A DNA stretch of 64,000 nucleotides from positions 200,942,001 through 201,006,000 of the forward strand of contig OZ024742.1 in NCBI GenBank assembly GCA_964016885.1. The letters are read 5' to 3'. How positions within the stretch are numbered: position 1 is the first letter of the stretch; each line of letters opens with the position of its first letter. This document shows, piece by piece, positions 27,012 through 41,253 of the stretch. The notes under the pieces were generated by a model. It saw nothing but the letters and a program-made list of their open reading frames with translations, made no database searches and had not been told where the DNA came from. This DNA comes from Eledone cirrhosa (Eukaryota). The position numbers and the translations under genes are program-made.

Positions 27012-27655
27012 ATATCCATCTATCTATCTATCTTTGGCTCATACACTGTCTCTCACATAACTATTCCTGTACTGAACACACATGACCCGCCCCACACACG
27101 CGCAAACACACACAAACACACGCACACATACACCCACCTACGCAGAGGCATACACACACAAACAAATAAACTCACGCACAGAAGCCAACAGAAAGAAGAA
27201 ACTTAGAATCAAGTGCCGAATCTCCCCAGTCGTATGTGTATGAATGTGTTCAGCTGTCTGTGTTCATGTATGTATGTATGTATGTATGTATGTATGTATG
27301 TATGTATGTATGTATGTATGTATGTATGTATGTATGTATGTATGTATGTATGTATGTTGTGTATGTATGTATGTATGTATGTATGCATGTATGTATGTAT
27401 ATACTCACACACACATATGCATATGCACTCGCACAGATGCATACTAACACATACAAACACACACACACACATATATATATATATGGAGAGAGAGAGATAC
27501 ATTACGCACAAAGACAGACGCATACACATATATACATATATATATATATGTTTGTGTGTGTTTGTGTGCAAATGAGAGGAGATTATTTAACACATACACA
27601 TATATACATACATATATCTATACACACACACACATATATATATATATGAGCGTCC

Positions 27656-27689
<34 letters not shown>

Positions 27690-27868
27690 TTGTATATATA
27701 TATATTCCTGTGTGTGTGTATTTTTATAAAAGCACGTACAAACATACACACTCACATATACAGACACATATATATATATATATATAAGAGTCTGTGTGTG
27801 TGTATTATTATAAAATCACGTACAAACATACACACTCACATATACATACCTATATTTATACACACACA

Positions 27869-27908
<40 letters not shown>

Positions 27909-28217
27909 TGGCCGTATGTGTGTGTATATATATATATATATATATAAGCCTGTGTGTGTGTTTATTTTTATAAAAGCACGCACAGACATACACACTCACA
28001 TGTATATATTATATAAATGTAAACAGATATGTAAAGGAAGAGAGAGAAAGGAAGAGAGAAATATAGAGCAATATAGAGAAAGAGATATAGTATGTTTATT
28101 GTTAGGAAGTTCTAGCGAAAGCTATTACGCTACACAACTTTTAGCTCGTTAACAACTTCCTGCACTAGAGAAGGTTACTGTAGCATCTGGTTATAATACT
28201 AATACCTATTGATATAC

Positions 28218-28250
<33 letters not shown>

Positions 28251-28258
<8 letters not shown>

Positions 28259-28470
28259 TACAAATATTAATAAAATAGATGTTCTTTTGATCAATTACAT
28301 TTTATTATACATATTTCAGATGTACAACAGTACGTCCTCATCAGACAAAATATAATGATGCATGACATACCCTGAGATGTTAAATGGTTAAGATTTAATC
28401 AAGGTACTGATTTAATAAAATGTAATTGATAAAAAGAACATCTATTTTATTAATATTTGTATTTTAATAT
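28251..28470. repeat. Inverted repeat (about 55-bp arms) enclosing a hammerhead-like core on the - strand; related + copy at about 32700-32870
   Basis: tattaaaatacaaatattaataaaatagatgttc mirrored at 28413-28470; - strand ctgatgaggacgtac..gtacatctgaaatatgta. Confidence 0.75.
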
Positions 28471-28560
28471 TATTTTGTTCCGTAGAGTGCTTCCAATCTA
28501 ATGTAAAACTCATTCCTTGACATACTCATTGAATATTGTTTAACACTTTAATATATATAC

Positions 28561-28592
<32 letters not shown>

Positions 28593-28682
28593 GTAGAGGT
28601 TATATTTAATTTGTTGGGATACAACAAGCTAAATATTTTTATAACTGATATAAAGCACTCAACAAATTATTGGAGTAAATAT

Positions 28683-28929
28683 ACAAATGGAAACTATATT
28701 TATAAAACCATACCTATTTCATTATACATATTTCAAGGGCCACCAGAGCAAACTATCCAGGAGATTCCAACCAGAATGGTTGCATTTTTTAAGGGTATGT
28801 CAATATTTATTTATAAAACTAACCTATATTATATTTTATCTGATGAAAGCGCACCATAGTTTGTCCTGGTGACCCTTGAAATATGTATAATGAAATAAAT
28901 ATGGTTTTATAAATATAGTTTCCATTTGT
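28683..28929. repeat. Inverted repeat (about 72-bp arms) with a hammerhead-like core at 28840-28887
   Basis: acaaatggaaactatatttataaaaccata... mirrored at 28856-28929; ctgatga-aagcgcacca..tggtgaccctt-gaaatatgta. Confidence 0.75.
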
Positions 28930-28937
28930 TAATATAT

Positions 28938-28991
<54 letters not shown>

Positions 28992-28999
28992 TTACGAAA

Positions 29000-30722
29000 T
29001 GGAAATGCGTGTATATAGAATTTATTAGGTAACAATTGTTTCTATAGTGTATGAGTTACCTATACCTCGCTATTTGAATAATACACAAATATTATCAAAA
29101 ACCGAAAGTACACTGTAAGCCAACACACCATGTCATCAGACCTTTGTATTAGAATGATATGAAAATATTTTATACACTAGATAAAAGATAAAGAAGGAGG
29201 TAGGAAGAGAAGGGGAAGAGGGAAGTGAGTAAGGTGGAGGGAGTCTTAGGGTTTAAGACTGTCAGACTAGTAGAGATTGTGAAGAGAGAATGTTTTGGCA
29301 GCAGTTAGCTTAATGAGGCGTGCTAAGGTTGGCTGGGAAGTAGATACTTCTAGTGGTGTTGTTCGGACAAAATTTAGGTAGAGGGGTCAAAGTGGTATAA
29401 TGTCACAGACAAGTTATTAGGGCTATTATAGTAGCAGGTTATTTCTAAAGGGGTCCAGAAAAACAGTGTTTAGTACTATTATTATAGAAAGCCATATCTA
29501 GTGTATAAACATATAAGACAGAAATTTGCAAACGTTGGTGTAAAAAGGTAACATTATATGCATTTAAAAAAAGAAAAAGTCGTTTTCAAACGTATAGAGA
29601 ACGTTCAATTTTGCTGTTCAAAAGTTTGTTTACCGACGTTAAAATGCAGTATATCTCTAAATTGCATAACTTGCAGAATCGATGATTTTGCTGATATGCA
29701 GGCGCAGTTGTAATAATTTGCCAATCAAGGGAGAACGCTTGATTGTTCCTCCGAAGCTGCCAGGCTTTATCGGCGAGGGTTGTTACGGAGCGCATTTTCT
29801 CGTGCCTGATCGAAGATCGATGTTGGTATAGGCGAGCCTTGAAAGAAGTTGCGGTACATCCGACGTAATACCATTTGTTGGTCCCGGAATTTATTGTACA
29901 CCGGTAGACAATATTGCGTGCTAGGCACTGGTTATTCAGTGGGCACGTACCTGGTTTGGTGCAGTTACAACTATTTTTATGTTTTGCAGTAGAATCCTGG
30001 ATAGTTTGGTGGGGTTGTGGTTGCGTGTTAATGCGTTGCATGTTGCTATGCTGGTGCGCTGAGTCATTAGGGATGTACTTATTCAGTATTGCTGAGTTGA
30101 GTTTTCTAATTAGTTGTTCTATGTTAGGTGCAGTGGAGTATGAGAGTCTAATGGTGCGCGAGTTAAAGATTTTATAGTATTTATGTGAAGTTGTAAAGTG
30201 TTTATTGATTAGTGTATAGAATTGTGAGATAATCTTAGTGCTAATAGAAGAATTGTACACGGGGTTATACCATATGTACTCTCTACGTCTGACTCTATTT
30301 GCTGGTTTGCACCTGTTAGTATGCCTATTGATGTGTGTGTGTGGTGCAATACTAGTTCGACTTAGATGTGTTTTATTCCTAGTACTTATGTGGTTATCGT
30401 CTAGATATTCAATTTTCTCGCAGTAACCAGCTTTTCTAAGTGCGTCATTATAATATTCAGCATGCTCGTTGAAGGTTTGCAAATTAGACGACAGTCGGGA
30501 GATCCTTATGGATATATTTTTAGGGATAGATTTAATAATGGAATGAGGATGGTTCGATTTTACATTAACGTACTTAAGATTTTCATTAAGTTTGTGAAAT
30601 GGCTCTATATTACCGTTATTAAGGTTGAAGGTAACATCCAAGAAGTTGACCACCTTAAGATTGTGTTCAAAGGTAATATTAAGCCCTAGTTCTAAGAAAA
30701 GTTTCCTAATGTTTTTACGTCG
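29000..30722 (-). mobile_element. Penelope-like element, Naiad-like, 5'-truncated (RT C-terminus + GIY-YIG)
   Basis: [67 protein letters not shown]. Real coding part is 29586 to about 30720; the listed ORF's N-terminus is (TA)n. Confidence 0.9.
29027..29143 (-). ncRNA. Type I hammerhead ribozyme motif downstream of the Penelope ORF
   Basis: - strand: aggt CUGAUGA c-auggugug...uacacuau-a GAAA caauug UU accu. Stem I aggu/accu; palindromic stem III. Confidence 0.65.
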
Positions 30723-30757
<35 letters not shown>

Positions 30758-30778
30758 GAAAGGTATAGAAAACATTGT

Positions 30779-30884
<106 letters not shown>

Positions 30885-31120
30885 TATATGTATATATATA
30901 TATATATATGTGTATATATATATATGTATACATATATATACACATATATATATATAAACATATATATATATATATATATATACATACATATATACATATA
31001 TCTAAACATCTTTGGCTTCTAACTAATTCACCAATCTGTCCTCTCCTATCTCCATCTCTCTCTTTAAGATTGGTTACTCTTGAACTGTGTATATCTATAC
31101 ATATATATATATATATACAT

Positions 31121-31808
31121 ACTAACTTTATTCATATGTAACCTATTTGCAACCACGCAGCACGTTTGTTCTCATATTCACACATATATTTTCCCCCGCT
31201 GTGACCCGTCTATTTCGTTCTTACTGCTTCCGCTTTCTCTGTATCTTTCACCTCTTTTTACCCTCTCTAACAGTCACTCTCTCTGTTAGCCTCTTCCTCA
31301 CCCTTCACTCACTCACTCTCTGCTACTTCCTCCCGTTTGACCTGTGCGTAATTCTTTTCTCTCGCACGCTTGGCCAGGCTTGTTCCCCTTTTCTCTTTCT
31401 CGTCTACGATTTCACAGAACTTATGTTCACCGAATTCACGGACTGGACTCCTTCTTCCTCCCGTTTGACCTGTGCGGAATTCCTTCCATGCTCACATTTC
31501 GACTAGGTTTGATGGTCTTTATTCTCTCTCATTCACGATTTCAACGAACTTATGTTCATGGAAATTTGGGACTTGACTCTTTCTTCCTCACTTTTCGTTG
31601 CCTTACCATCTTTGTTTGTTTACACTCTCACTCGTTCTCCTTATTTACGTGTCCCAACGACTTTCTTTAGCCGTATACCGGAGGTATATGGTCTTTAAAG
31701 CGATGAAATACCAATGATGGTTGGAAGATCACTGATGAAGGACTAACTTTATTCCTATGTAACCCATATGCAACCACGCAGCACGTTTGTTCTCATATTC
31801 ATACATAT
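31121..31808 (+). repeat. Segment bounded by about 68-bp direct repeats (31121-31188, 31742-31808) with internal about 120-bp duplication
   Basis: actaactttattc.tatgtaacc.at.tgcaaccacgcagcacgtttgttctcatattca occurs twice; ctgatga at 31732. Confidence 0.6.
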
Positions 31809-31817
31809 ATATATATG

Positions 31818-31934
<117 letters not shown>

Positions 31935-31952
31935 GTTATATATATATATATA

Positions 31953-32058
31953 TGAGTGGTTATAGAATTGGATTCACAATCGTGAGGTTGTGAGTTCAAT
32001 TCCTGGACCGGTCGATGGGTTATGTCCTTGAGCAAGACACTTTATTTCACGTTGCTCC
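31953..32058 (+). mobile_element. CORE-SINE-like tRNA-derived SINE fragment
   Basis: agtggtta..gagttcaattcc then tgtccttgagcaagacactt; homologous to 44368-44530 and about 38195-38320. Confidence 0.7.
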
Positions 32059-32873
32059 TTCTACCTGGAGTTGCGACCGATAGATAGTATTAGTCACTAT
32101 AACTATTTAACAATAAATTCCTTGATATTTATAACTGTAAATACTTCATAAACTATACTTATGGAAAATCTTGTCACTGTTACAAGTAATTTTGTTAAAG
32201 ATTACCTTTGTGAGAATATTGAACAGTATATATTTTTCTTTCGCGGGCCTCGTAAATCCTTTAAATTTATTTTCATAAAACTCTGAATTTTAGAAATTTA
32301 ACACATTTATAAAATTAATACAAATAACCATCAACTTTTAAAACCTAAAATTTTTATTCTTTACCCTAAAATAACATAAATTAAATATTTTGAAATTTAA
32401 CCGCCAAGGCTATACATGTTTATATGTGTCCGAAGAAAATTTGAGCATAAATTACTCCCCTTTATCTCTCCCTCTCTTTAATTATCTCTCAGTTCCATTC
32501 TGAAGCTAAAAACTAAATAAATTATAACTCCAGATACGTCTTCCTCTATAGTCCTATAGTAGTATTTCAGATTTGAAAAACTCTATAACTGTTGCATTAA
32601 GGCAATGTTTTTTTAACTCACACTATCTCTATTGATTCTATTACGTTTTCGCATGTTCTCATTTCTAGGGTATAAATATTGAGTTTTCTCATAAGTTAAT
32701 CACTACCTTGATTAAATCTTAACCATCTAATATGTCAGGGTATGTCATGTATCATTTTATTTTATCTGATGAGGACGTACTGTTGAACTTGATTCAAGCA
32801 CCTCTGAAATGTGTATAATAAAATTTAATTGATCACAAGAATATCTATTTTGCTAATATTTGAATTAATATAT

Positions 32874-32928
<55 letters not shown>

Positions 32929-32929
<1 letters not shown>

Positions 32930-33768
32930 CGGCGATGAATTAGTTTTGCGAGGTTTTTGATATGAAATCGTGTGTCGAAACAAATATTGTTATACTTGGG
33001 GAGGGTCATATTTGTGTAATAATATTAATAACAGAACACACTCACTGTTTGGTTGGTTTTCGCTTCTGTGTCTTTTATATCAATGTTACCAACGGTCAAA
33101 AATACAGATACTGTATAGACACAAACACATATATATAGTCTAACAAAGTTCTTTCGTTGCACATCTGCAACACGGTTCAGTACTATACGAACATGCCAGA
33201 CAACAACACGACGGTAACTTAGACCACATAGAAATTAGAATAATATCTAAACATAGAAATGACCCAGCAGATAGGCAAATCAGAGAGGCCAGCGAAATAG
33301 AACTTAGAAGGCCAAGAACTTAGAAGGCCAACTAAATAAATAAATACATACACAAGCACAATAACAACAAACACATAAACACACACTAGTAAACTAAGAT
33401 AGAATACAATAACCAATACATAGTCACCCAAACACGAACACACATCAAACACTATACACAAAAATAAATAAATAAACAGACTAAATAAAGATGGCGTAGG
33501 CATATAATACAACGGGAGGAAACATAATAGCACCACTGACGATGTTGCAGATGTGGAACGAAAGAACTTTGTTAGACTATATATATGTGTTTGTGTCTAT
33601 ATTGTATCTGTATTTTTGACCGTTGGTCAGTCAATGGTAACATTGAGGACCGAATAAATTAAATTAACCGATATAAATGACACAGAAGCGAAAACCAACC
33701 AAACAGTGAGTGTGTTCTGTTATTAATTCTGGCAATATTATTACACAAATATGACCCTCCCCAAGTAT

Positions 33769-33775
<7 letters not shown>
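32929..33775. mobile_element. Penelope-like 3' fragments in inverted (hairpin) arrangement
   Basis: Arms about 32985-33172 / 33541-33775; GIY-YIG C-terminal remnant (IISKHRNDPADRQIREASEIE) at about 33230-33310; ctgacga..gaaa core at 33536. Confidence 0.8.
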
Positions 33776-33820
<45 letters not shown>

Positions 33821-33898
33821 GCACTCACATTTGTATATATGTATATATACATAAATATACATTATATTTATATATAGACATACATATATACATATTAC

Positions 33899-33976
<78 letters not shown>

Positions 33977-33977
<1 letters not shown>

Positions 33978-35449
33978 ATTATACTTGGGGAGGGTCATAT
34001 TTGCGTAATATTGCCAGAATTAATAACGGAACACACTCACTGTTTGGTTGGTTTTCGCTTCTCGCTGTCTTTTATATCTGCGATCTAACTTACTCGGTCC
34101 TCAATGTTGCCATTGACTGACCGACGGTCAAAAATAATACAGATACAATATAGACACAAACACATATATATAGTTTACATAATTTACATAAATCTTTCGT
34201 TGCGCATGCGTTTGCGTGTGTGTATAGTGTTGTGTGTGCTGTGTGACTAGTGTGTATAGTGTTGTGTCTGCTGGGTGACTAGTGTGTGTTTATGTGCTTG
34301 TTGTTATTGTGCTTGTGTATGTATTTATTTATCTTATTTTATTTTATTTTATTTATTTACTTATTTATACTTCTCTTAGGTCAGTGTTGTTTGTTTGGGT
34401 GTTGTTGTTGTTCCACACATTCTTTCTGTTTAGCTTTGGTCTTCTAATTTCTATTTCACTGGCCTCTCTGATTTGCCTATCTGCTGGGTCATTCCTATGT
34501 TTAGATATTATTCTAATTTCTATGTTGTCTATGTTACCGTCATGTTGTTGTCTAGCATGTTCGTATAGTACTGACTCGTTTTTTCGTCCTTTTAGTTCCC
34601 TCCAGTGTTGGTCTATCCTTTCACCTATGCTACGAGCTGTCTCACCTATGTATGTAGTTGTCATGTTTCTGCAAGTACCCTCTGTACATCTTATGCTATA
34701 GACTATGTTTCTAGTCTACGGTAACATAGACAACATAGAAATTAGAATAATATCTAAACATAGGAATGACCCAGCAGATAGGCAAATCAGAGAGGCCAGT
34801 GAAATAGAAATTAGAAGACCAAAGCTAAACAGAAAGAATGAGTGGAACAACAACAACACCCAAACAAACAACACTGACCTAAGAGAAGTATAAATAAGTA
34901 AATAAATAAAATAAAATAAAATAAGATAAATAAATACATACACAAGCACAATAACAACAAGCACATAAACACACACTAATCACCCAGCAGACACAAAACT
35001 ATACACACTAGTCACACAGCACACACAACACTATACACACACGCAAACGCATGCGCAAAGAAGACAAAATAAAATAAACAAACAAGCAAATAAATAAATA
35101 AATATATAGACAGACTGAATAAAAAATGGCGTAGACATACAACACAACAGGAAGAAGAAAAAAAAAATATAACACCACTGACGATGTTGCAGATGTGCAA
35201 CGAAAGATTTATGTAAATTATGTAAACTATATATATGTGTTTGTGTCTATATTGTATCTGTATTATTTTTGACCGTCGGTCAGTCAATGGCAACATTGAG
35301 GACCGAGTAAGTTAGACAGCGAGAAGCGAAAAGCAACCAAACAGTGAGTGTGTTCTGTTATTAATTCTGGCAATATTACGCAAATATGACCCTCCCCAAG
35401 TATAACAATATCTGTTTCGACACACGATTTCATATAAAAAACCTCGCTA

Positions 35450-35452
<3 letters not shown>
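33977..35452. mobile_element. Head-to-head pair of Penelope-like 3' ends forming a 1.4-kb palindrome
   Basis: - strand 34365-34664 YIGETARSIGERIDQH..SVLYEH..IREASEI (GIY-YIG); mirror copy on + from 34718; shared UTR arms out to 33979/35405. Confidence 0.88.
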
Positions 35453-35537
<85 letters not shown>

Positions 35538-35606
35538 GTGAGGTTTATTTTACAAAATGAAAAATAACCGTGGTGTCCTACACGAGTGAATGTATAAAGA
35601 AAAAAA

Positions 35607-35938
<332 letters not shown>

Positions 35939-36109
35939 TACACATGCAAACACACACACACATACGCAAATACACACAAATATATAGTGGTCCCTCATTT
36001 TATGCGATCTATTGTTCTCCGAACTTGCTATGTTTTAAGAAATAACTCTATAGAGGGCGTAGTTTGGAGATCATAGATTCACTCCAGGTAGAGCCGCTAC
36101 CTCTCTGAA

Positions 36110-36378
36110 TTGAGTGCTCATAGCTCCGATATCATGGACATGTTGTTACATTGTCTCCGGAATAATCGATGGACAAGTTTTACGGGCAAAAACAGCAGGT
36201 AGGAAACCCAGGTATAGAACTTCGATAAAGATTGTTGGAGAACATCCATGCGCTCCGTTATTCATGCTTGGGATCCAGTCGGACCAATTGCAGATGGTTC
36301 CTTTTGACATCACCCGATGGAGAGCTTGCTTGAGAACCCTGCATACATGACCCACCTAGGAATAAATAATCATAATAA
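36110..36378 (+). mobile_element. Possible old RTE-like LINE 3' remnant
   Basis: IDGQV..KTAGRKPR...DITRWRA resembles an RTE C-terminus; (aat)n-like tail. Confidence 0.3.
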
Positions 36379-36800
36379 TGATTGTTTCTAATTTTGGCGC
36401 AAGGCCAGCAATTACCCAGTGCATTACTGGTACTTTATTTTATCGACCCCGTAAATTTGAAAGGCAAAGTTAACCTCGTCGGGATTTGAACTCAGAATGG
36501 CAAGGGCCGTAACTCTATGCGTCAAAGTATGGCGTCCGGCTCTCTACCGATACTGCCAATCCACCGCCCTAAAATCATAAAAATAACTGTTTCTGATTTA
36601 GGTACAAGGCCAACAATTTTTTTATGTGTGAGGGAATGGATTAAAGGGAATCGAGTGCATTGCTGGTACTTTATATTATCGACACCGTAAGGATGAAATG
36701 CAAAGCCAACCTCGGCGGGATTTGAACTGAGAACGTAAAGAACCAGCACAAATATAGGTATGCATTTTCCGACGCTCTACCGCTTCTGCCAACCCACCGC
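36379..36800 (-). mobile_element. Two tandem SINE copies
   Basis: Two reverse copies of the 22071-type SINE (about 36379-36570 and 36585-36800). Confidence 0.85.
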
Positions 36801-37458
36801 TCAACCAGTTACTCTATAATACATAATGAACTGTGGCAGTAATTGACATAGTCGACCTTGCTTCATACAGCTTACATTGAACCTCACTTTAACATTACGC
36901 TAAGTGTCAGTCAGTGATTCACGTTGAATCTCCCTGAGAAGTATCCTGCTAATGACATATATATTCGGAATGTTTTGACTGCTGTTTCTTGTAAACAGAC
37001 ATTCGTCTCATTCTGACGTCACTAGCCTTGTCTCCATGTGTGTTTATTAATTCAATTCCACACGAGATTTGACTAGCCCGCTTTTAAATTTCCCTCTGGC
37101 ATATTTTAGCTGTGAGTTTTAGTTAACGAATTTGAGCACTACTGAGGAACGATGCCAACCATGACTAACCCCACTGAAAAGTTTCGTGAAATAGTCTTTT
37201 TAAGACTATATAGTGCATTTGTAGATTTTTCCAAATTGACGGATAAGTATTTACTCTTAATATAATTTTGAGTTAAGATTCTATTGGTTTTTTCCCCGGA
37301 TTACACAAAATCTGTGGATAAAATTTCTGGTCTTGTTTTGAATTGGGATTAAATTATTTTCCCATATCTTACGTTAAATATTTTTCATCTTGACGTAATA
37401 GTCACTTATATGTCTGAATTACTGTTGGCTTCTTGCTTACATTAATTTCTCTATTTTC

Positions 37459-37548
<90 letters not shown>

Positions 37549-37695
37549 AGATTCAGAACCCCGACGTCTGAGCTCCGGCCGTTTCAACAGCTAGATCCGA
37601 AATCGTCCTGAATCTTTTCATATTACCCACTCTACTATCCCAAGTATCGAGTACTCTGGTGGGTTATGGTCCACCTGGTATCTTACCACACCCTT

Positions 37696-37828
<133 letters not shown>

Positions 37829-38644
37829 TGTCTGTGCGCGTGTGTGTGTGCGTATGTGTGTTACTTTTTGTGTGTGTATGTATATCGTTGCATCGCACCA
37901 GAATTCAAATGATTAACCTAGGCCAGAGAACAAAGCATTTGAACAACTTGATGATATAACATTGAAGAAACATCAGGGATCGCTTACACCGTCTAATACC
38001 TTTGTATTCATTTAAAATAACTGTTCATTATGTAGGTAATACAATAAGCAGGCAATGATTGCTTCTTTTAGTTTAGGACTGACCTGAGAGAAAGCAAATG
38101 AAACAGCAACAACAAAAGTAGCATTAGCAGCTCCAGGAGTAGCAGTAATTTATACATCAAAGACTGTGTATTTGGATGTACTATATGTCTTTGGTATGGC
38201 TCTTGGCTTTGTGATTAGGATATTCGGCTCACAATCGTATGGTTATGAGTTCGATTTCCGCCGGTACGTAGTGTCGTTGAGCGAGACATTTTATTTCAGG
38301 TTGCTCCAGTCCAACCAGCTGGCAAAAGTTTCACGAGCAGGCTGTTCGGTTGATAGGATCAACTGGAACACTCATCATCGCAACCGACGGAGTGTTAGTA
38401 TGTCTTTGGACATGGTGACATGCTGTTGTTGAACGGAATAGATTGTTGAATATCTCTAGTGAGATTTGAATTCAAATCATACAGGACCCAAACCTTAAAC
38501 TTTCGCCTTCTGTCGCCTCTACTGATCCCAGTATCATTCTCTCAACGTTCTCACTTCTTTCGATTTCAAGTCAATCCTCTGTTTCATTTGTTCATTTCGC
38601 TTACACTTTCTATGTCTCTATCTCTAACTTTTATTATTACTCGT

Positions 38645-39035
38645 TTGAGGGTCAGTAGAGGGTCGGACGCCATGCTTTGCAGCATATAGTTACGGCCCTT
38701 TACGGTCTGTGATCAAATCCCGCCGAGGTTAACTTTTCCTTTCATCTTTACGGGGTCGAAAAAATAAAGCACCAGTCACGTACTGGTGTCGATTTAATCG
38801 ACATTCCCCTCCCACAAAATTGCTGGCCTTGTGCCTATATAAGAAACCATTATTACCCGTTGGCAGTATCGGTAGTGGGTCGGACGAAATGCTTTTCAGC
38901 ATAAAGTTACGGCCCTTTATGATCTGAGTTCAAATCCCACCGAGGTTAACTTTGCCTTTCATCCTTACGGGGTCGATAAAATAAAGTACCAGTAATGCAC
39001 TGGATAATTGCTGGCCTAAGTAGAAACAATTATTA
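38645..39035 (+). mobile_element. Two tandem SINE copies
   Basis: About 38645-38855 and 38858-39035; same family. Confidence 0.85.
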
Positions 39036-39526
39036 CCCATTTCTCATTACCTTCATACTATCTTCCTCCTTATACCCCAACTCGCGTCCTTCTCCACCCT
39101 CCTCTCACTACATATCCCCCCCTCACCTCTACTCACATCATTCAACCTCATTCCTCCACTTCTTGATTCTTCAAACTTTATTCTACGATATAAAGATTGT
39201 GTGTGTGAATTTGGCGTTTACATGTATATGTTTCAGTATGTATATGTGTATTTGCGCTAATGTGTGTATATTCTGTGTGTGTATGTCTGTATGTGAGCAC
39301 TTGTGCGTATATTTGTGCAAATGAAGATGTATATACGTTCGTGTGTGTGTGTGTATGTTTGTGTTTACATGGTTTTTTGAATGTTTGTGTGTCTGTATTT
39401 GTACTCCAATGTGAATATATGTGTATGTTCACGTTTTTGTATGCATTCATCTTCTATTAATGTGTCAATGTGAATATACGTGTATGTTCGTTTGTGTGTA
39501 GGTGTTTGTTCAGAGGAGGAAGTGGG

Positions 39527-39592
<66 letters not shown>

Positions 39593-39629
39593 TATGTGTT
39601 CATATCTTTGCGAAACACTAAGAGAAAAA

Positions 39630-39739
<110 letters not shown>

Positions 39740-39924
39740 CAGATTGCTAACACATATACACACATACAAGCACATGAACACATATAATACACACACACAC
39801 ACTCACACACACATATATATATATATATAGAGAGAGAGAGAATAGATAGATAGATAGATAGATAGGTAGGTAGAGAAATAGTGAAGGAGAGAAGGATTGA
39901 TTAAGAGAAAGACAGAGTGAGAGA

Positions 39925-39976
<52 letters not shown>

Positions 39977-39990
39977 GAGAGAGAGAGAGC

Positions 39991-40035
<45 letters not shown>

Positions 40036-40389
40036 GAAGAGAGAGAGAGATAAAGAGATAGGATAAGAGAGTTAGATACACCAAAAGAATGAAGAAAGAG
40101 AGCTAAATATGTTGGTGTGAGTCAGTGAGAGACAGTAGGAGGTATCTAAAAATTCATTTAGTCCACCAGCCAACAATATTATATGATTCACATCAAATAT
40201 ATAAAATCAAAAGAAAGACAAGACCCAGTCGAATCTTTTGTTAATTTCACACTTTTCTAATTAGATGTCAATTTCCTTTAGGGATGTTTGTATATTTACA
40301 CATTCTCAGCTTTACACTACCACACCACTCTTTGACGGCTCAAACTACTCACATATCGTTATGTGGTTTTATTGAACTTCTGCCTCTTT

Positions 40390-41253
40390 GTTGTAGTTGT
40401 AGTTGTTGTTGTTGTTGGTGCTGTTGTTGTTAATGTTGTTGTTGGTGGTGTTGATGGTGGTGTTGGTGCCGTTGTTAATGTTGGTGCTTTAGGTGGTGGC
40501 GGTGGTGGTGTTGGTGTTGGTGGTGTTGTGGCTGTTGTGGTTGGTGGTGTTGTGGCTGTTGTGGTTGGTGGTGTTGGTGCTGTTGTTGTTAATGTTGTTG
40601 TTGTTGGTGGTAGTGGTGTTGGTGATGGTGTTGGTGGTGGTGTTGGTGGTGTTGTGGCTGTTGTGGTTGTTGGTAGTGATGGTGTTGTTTTTGGTGTTGT
40701 GATGGCGTTCATGTTGTCGTTGGGGGTGTTGTAGTTGTTGCTGTTGGTGGTGTTGATGGTGTTGTTGTTAATGTTGTTGTTGTGGTTGTTGCTGATTTTG
40801 TTAATGTTGTTGTTGTTGTTGATGGTGGTTCTGTTGCTGTCGTTATTAATGTTAGTGTTGAAATTGATGGTGGCGGCGTCAATGTTGTTGTTGTTGTTGT
40901 TGTCGGTGGTGCTGTTGTTGCTGTTGCGGCTGTTGCTGATAGTAGAATGGTGGTGTTGTTGCTATTATTCATGTTGGTGTTGATATTGATGGTGGTGGCG
41001 TTAATGATATTGTTGTTGTTTTTGCTATTGTCGTTGGTGTTGACGATGTGCTGCAGTTAATGAAGTTAATGTTATTGGTGTGGTTAGTGTTGTTGCTGTT
41101 GTTCATGAGTGTATGTTGATGTTGTTGCTGGTTTTAAAGTTGTTTGTGTTGATTCTATGATTGTTTTAGGTGATTCTGGTGTTGGTGTTAATGTTGCTGT
41201 TGTTGATGGTAGTGGTGGTGATCATGAGGTTTTGTGTTGGCGTTGTGGATGAG
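40390..41253. repeat. Degenerate (GTT/GGT)n low-complexity tract
   Basis: Trinucleotide-derived sequence; all overlapping ORFs are poly-V/T/L. Confidence 0.9.
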
